From contig NZ_NRTA01000085.1 in assembly GCF_002286735.1 (NCBI RefSeq), forward strand, positions 1 to 9,797: a DNA stretch of 9,797 nucleotides, read 5' to 3'. Of this stretch, positions 7,067-9,797 are shown one piece after another. The notes beneath the pieces are model-generated. The model made no database searches. It saw nothing but the letters and a program-made list of their open reading frames with translations, and was not told the origin of the DNA. Source of the DNA: Leptolyngbya sp. BC1307. GTDB lineage: Bacteria; Cyanobacteriota; Cyanobacteriia; Phormidesmidales; Phormidesmidaceae. The position numbers and the translations under genes are program-made. Position 1 is the stretch's first letter. Every line of letters begins with the position of its first letter.

Positions 7067-7492
7067 ATGGCTGACCCTGTAACGTTTACGGCTAGCGCGA
7101 TCGCGAACCTCGCCTTTCAAGAATTCTTGCAAACGAGCGCTGGCGAGCTGGCAAAGAAGTTTTCGGCAGCGGCCATTGCGAAAATGGGAGAGTTGCGTCA
7201 GATGATATGGAACCGATTGCAGGGTAAGAATGCAACGGCTGAGATAGCTTTGTCACAGGCGGAAAAGGGTTATGAGGGGTCAATTGAGATTGTCTCGACC
7301 TTTTTGAGTGTGGAGATGCTAGATGATGAATTTGCGGAGCAGGTGAGGGCAATCGCCCAGGAAATTCATGCGGGCAAACTGTTAGACCAAAGCAGTATGG
7401 TGCAAAACAACAGCGACAATGCTACTGGCTATCAGGTTAAGAATGAGGGCGGTGAGAACTACATGGGAAATATCACCATCCACAAGACTTGA
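7067..7492 (+). CDS. Small predicted all-alpha protein with an N/Q/G-rich C-terminal tail; candidate effector or adaptor module of the downstream STAND NTPase
   Basis: 141-aa ORF containing one HIP1 site (7097). A hydrophobic/amphipathic N-terminus (MADPVTFTASAIANLAFQEFL) is followed by helix-like heptad-ish segments and the tail QNNSDNATGYQVKNEGGENYMGNITIHKT. It is in the same reading frame as 7493-9277, separated only by TGA. I recognise no enzymatic motif. Confidence 0.65.
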   Translation: MADPVTFTASAIANLAFQEFLQTSAGELAKKFSAAAIAKMGELRQMIWNRLQGKNATAEIALSQAEKGYEGSIEIVSTFLSVEMLDDEFAEQVRAIAQEIHAGKLLDQSSMVQNNSDNATGYQVKNEGGENYMGNITIHKT

Positions 7493-9277
7493 GTGGAGTC
7501 GTCTGACAGAGATCGGACAAAGTTTGCTCGCTCAACCGGAACGCCTCAGAATTTACCACGCAGTGGGGCGGTGACGTTTGTTGGGCGTGAGCAAAAGCTA
7601 AAAGACCTTCATGCGCGGCTTCAGTCAGGGAGCCGCCTTGCGATTACAGCAATTTCTGGGATGGGCGGCATTGGGAAGACGGAACTGGCTTTGCAGTATG
7701 CGATCGCGCAATTCCAGTCAGGCTATTACCCCGGCGGTATTTACTGGCTGCGGGCGAGGGGCCAAGAGATTGCAACGCAAATTACGACCTTTGCGCAAAT
7801 GAACCTGAGGCTGACGCTGCCGGAGGGAGAAATTGACAAGCAGATTCAGCACTGTTGGCAATATTGGCCTGAAGGCGATGTGCTGGTTGTGATTGACGAT
7901 GTAACGGATTATGGGGCGATTAAACCCCACCTACCACCTTCAGATTCTCGGTTCAAGCTGCTAATCACCACGCGCTTGAATTTTGGGCGGAGTGTGGAGA
8001 ATTTTGCGATTGAGGAATTGGATGAAGAGAGTGCCCTGGCGATGGTGGAAGGCATTGTGGCGGATGGACGCATTCAAGCGCAGTTGGCAGATGCGAAGGC
8101 ACTGTGTCAGTGGGTGGGCTGCTTGCCCTTGCGTCTGGAGTTGGTGGGACGGTATCTAGCAGATGATTTGGATTTGTCAGTTCAGGAACTTTTGGCAGAG
8201 TTGGAGGAGACTCGGCTGGATGCTGAGGCACTGCAAGCAGTGGAAGCTGGGATGACGGCTGATCTGGGAGTAATTCAGGCGCTAGAGTTGAGCTGGCGGG
8301 AGCTGAGTGGGCTAGAACGAGATTTGGCCTGTTTGCTGGGGATGTTTGCGGTTGCGCCGATTCCTTGGGCACTGGTAGAAAAGTGTTTGGCTGAAGTAGA
8401 TGCCAAGAATTTGAGGAAGGCAAGGCAGAATGGGTTGTTGCATCGCAGCTTGCTGAAGCGAGTGGGCGACAATCTCTATCAGCTACATCAAATTGTTCAA
8501 GAGTTTTTTCGGGTGAAACTTAATCAACAAATCAAGCAGGGTGACGCTATCAAATCATCGTTTTGTGGTGTACTCGTAGAAGTTGCGCAAAGCATAGAAT
8601 ACAGTCTCACGCTTGCCCAAGCAAATGATGTTAGAGGAGCCATTATTCATTTAGAAGAATTAGCAAATTGCTGGGCTGATAGCCTGAATGACGAAGCATT
8701 GAAAGAGCCATTCACAGGGCTCGGCTATTTTTATAAAGGTCAAGGGATTTATGTCCTAGCATTGTCTTGGTATTTAGATTGCTTGAAACAAACTCAGAAC
8801 AGATTTGGTGAGACTCACCCCGATGTGGCCGCTAGCATGGATAATTTGGCCAACCTTTATAGCGTCCAAGGCAAATATAGAGCAGCAGAGCCAATGCATG
8901 TAAAAGCGTTAGCAATGAGAAAGCAGTTGTTAGGTGAGACTCATCCCTCTGCAGCAACTAGCTTGAATAACTTAGCCAATCTCTACTACCACCAAGGCAA
9001 GTATGCAGCGGCAGAACTACTGTATGTAGAAGCATTAGCGATGTGTAAGCAGTTGTTAGGTAGGGCACATCCTAATGTAGTCACCAGCCTGAATAACTTA
9101 GCCCATCTCTACAATGTTCAAGGCAAATATGAGGCGGCGGAACCGCTGTATACACAAGCGTTGGCGATAGGTGAACAGTTGTTAGGCGAGGCCCATCCCT
9201 CTATGGCCACCAGCCGATGCAATCTTGGTGTTTTATATCACGAGCAAGAAAGTTACTACTTGAGTGTTGTGCTCTGA
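7493..9277 (+). CDS. NB-ARC (AP-ATPase) STAND NTPase with C-terminal kinesin-light-chain-type TPR repeats; the N-terminus depends on a GTG start or TGA read-through, and the C-terminus appears truncated by an IS insertion
   Basis: Motifs: FVGRE..L lead-in, Walker A GMGGIGKT (7658-7681), Walker B VLVVIDD (7880-7900), LLITTR, and the GLPL-type motif GCLPL (8117-8131). These are followed by 42-aa repeats of the form HP..A.S.NNLA.LY..QGKY..AEPLY..ALA....LG. There is no in-frame ATG before the Walker A. The last repeat breaks at LYHEQ|ESYYLSVVL*. Confidence 0.85.
   Translation: MESSDRDRTKFARSTGTPQNLPRSGAVTFVGREQKLKDLHARLQSGSRLAITAISGMGGIGKTELALQYAIAQFQSGYYPGGIYWLRARGQEIATQITTFAQMNLRLTLPEGEIDKQIQHCWQYWPEGDVLVVIDDVTDYGAIKPHLPPSDSRFKLLITTRLNFGRSVENFAIEELDEESALAMVEGIVADGRIQAQLADAKALCQWVGCLPLRLELVGRYLADDLDLSVQELLAELEETRLDAEALQAVEAGMTADLGVIQALELSWRELSGLERDLACLLGMFAVAPIPWALVEKCLAEVDAKNLRKARQNGLLHRSLLKRVGDNLYQLHQIVQEFFRVKLNQQIKQGDAIKSSFCGVLVEVAQSIEYSLTLAQANDVRGAIIHLEELANCWADSLNDEALKEPFTGLGYFYKGQGIYVLALSWYLDCLKQTQNRFGETHPDVAASMDNLANLYSVQGKYRAAEPMHVKALAMRKQLLGETHPSAATSLNNLANLYYHQGKYAAAELLYVEALAMCKQLLGRAHPNVVTSLNNLAHLYNVQGKYEAAEPLYTQALAIGEQLLGEAHPSMATSRCNLGVLYHEQESYYLSVVL
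8807..9248 (+). repeat. Tandem 126-bp (42-codon) TPR-encoding repeats: three full units plus a half unit
   Basis: Units start at 8807, 8933, 9059 and 9185 (GGTGAGACTCA..., GGTGAGACTCA..., GGTAGGGCACA..., GGCGAGGCCCA...) with an exact 126-nt period. DNA identity is roughly three quarters by eye. A more degenerate unit precedes them (~8690-8806). Confidence 0.85.
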
Positions 9278-9797
9278 CGGTAGAAAAATAATTGAGGCGT
9301 TATCTAGCGAGTCATGCAGGCACCCCCTTATTCTGCTTGTCAAACAATTTGGCAAACACCTGCGACGCCGATTCACCCTGTTCAAGACAGTCATGAGCAA
9401 AGAGGATTAGCTTTTCTATCAGCGCTTGCGATTGCTGGCGACAGACCTGCCCGATGGATTGTGTGAGCTGGGTAGGGCGCTTGCCCGGAGCCTTTGTCGG
9501 GGGTGGCAAGCAAGCCAAGTGCAAGATTGAGTAAGCCACGAACACCAACGTCCAATGGGTTTGAATGGATTCAAAGGTTCGCATCCGATACTCATCAAGC
9601 CCGAGATATTGCTTTCCATCTCGATAAAAGGTTTCTATCGGCCATCTTTGTAAATATTTGGCGAGCACCTGTTTGGCTGACCAGTCAGCGCGATTGGTCA
9701 GCAGCACAGCGTAAGTCCCGGTGAGCTGTGCAGTTTCAAAGCTAATCACTAAACGCAGCTTGCCAAAGCGGGGAATTCGGCAGCAGAAGGTAAAACA
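9249..9797 (-). mobile_element. Partial second insertion sequence (IS4/IS701-like) that runs off the window; its near end abuts the broken TPR repeat
   Basis: The TPR periodicity and consensus end abruptly after 9248 (expected ...CAAGGCAAATAT, observed ...CAAGAAAGTTAC). A transposase ORF on the minus strand starts 63 bp further on. The terminal repeat cannot be verified because the other end is outside the window. Confidence 0.55.
9312..9797 (-). CDS. DDE transposase, IS4/IS701-like, C-terminal part (5' end lies beyond the window)
   Basis: The frame is open from the window edge (...CFTFCCRIPRFGKLRLVISFETAQL...), so the GTG at 9749 is probably not the real start. It contains a full Y(2)R(3)E(6)K signature: YLQRWPIETFYRDGK. 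The stop codon is at 9312-9314. Confidence 0.85.
   Translation of the reverse strand, partial: CFTFCCRIPRFGKLRLVISFETAQLTGTYAVLLTNRADWSAKQVLAKYLQRWPIETFYRDGKQYLGLDEYRMRTFESIQTHWTLVFVAYSILHLACLPPPTKAPGKRPTQLTQSIGQVCRQQSQALIEKLILFAHDCLEQGESASQVFAKLFDKQNKGVPA

Noticed and set aside
7490-7560. Selenocysteine recoding of the in-frame TGA
   Set aside because: I see no convincing SECIS-like hairpin in the ~50 nt downstream of the TGA. No redox-type context (Cys or Sec active site) exists at a domain linker, and Sec machinery is uncommon in cyanobacteria. Read-through, reinitiation or mutation are better explanations.
7092-8472. ORFs 7092-7352 (-), 7611-7802 (+), 7718-7930 (-), 7965-8423 (-) and 8275-8472 (-) overlapping the STAND locus
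   Set aside because: They are Pro/Ser-rich or Arg-rich shadow frames. The + frame starting at 7067/7493 carries the Walker A, Walker B and GLPL motifs in the correct order.
9419-9724. ORFs 9419-9619 (-) and 9494-9724 (+) inside the second transposase
   Set aside because: They overlap the frame that carries the Y(2)R(3)E(6)K transposase signature, and no independent support exists.
175-9797. The idea that the two transposases are copies of one IS forming a composite transposon around the whole window
   Set aside because: The comparable C-terminal regions differ clearly (RWAIEGFFKTAKHQFGLHCFG versus RWPIETFYRDGKQYLGLDEYR), and I see no nucleotide similarity between the element ends. The only shared string, AAGTAGT (about 17-23 versus the reverse complement of about 9254-9260), is too short to mean anything.
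1-9797. CRISPR arrays, tRNA or rRNA genes
   Set aside because: There are no regularly spaced direct repeats of 25-40 bp. I saw no cloverleaf-compatible segments or rRNA-like conserved blocks on either strand. The only tandem periodicity is the coding 126-bp TPR repeat.

Overview
The window looks like cyanobacterial chromosome: I count 13 copies of the HIP1 octamer GCGATCGC, all between 1556 and 7707. An ordinary core is flanked by mobile DNA. The left edge holds an apparently complete ~1.3 kb IS4-superfamily insertion sequence (transposase 175-1332, imperfect terminal inverted repeats, possible TATCG target duplication), inserted about 20 bp upstream of a three-gene plus-strand block. That block encodes a DOMON/CBM9-like hypothetical protein, a small two-TM protein and an Asp/Glu-racemase family protein. 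Next come a 1.1 kb stretch with no credible ORF, a group-2-type sigma-70 gene with a Lys/Ala/Thr-rich N-terminal tail, and a shared hairpin terminator. On the minus strand are a PHP (TrpH/YciV-like) phosphoesterase and a Uma2 (PD-(D/E)XK) endonuclease. The most interesting locus is 7067-9277. A 141-aa all-helical ORF with an N/Q/G-rich tail lies in the same reading frame as a 594-codon NB-ARC + TPR STAND NTPase. The two are separated only by one TGA that directly abuts a GTG. The TPR array is cut mid-repeat by a second IS4/IS701-like element that runs off the right edge. I read this as an NLR-like conflict or cell-death module with a non-enzymatic, possibly membrane-acting or amyloid-signalling effector, either genuinely bipartite or decaying. 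All functional calls rest on motif recognition by eye; no searches were run.
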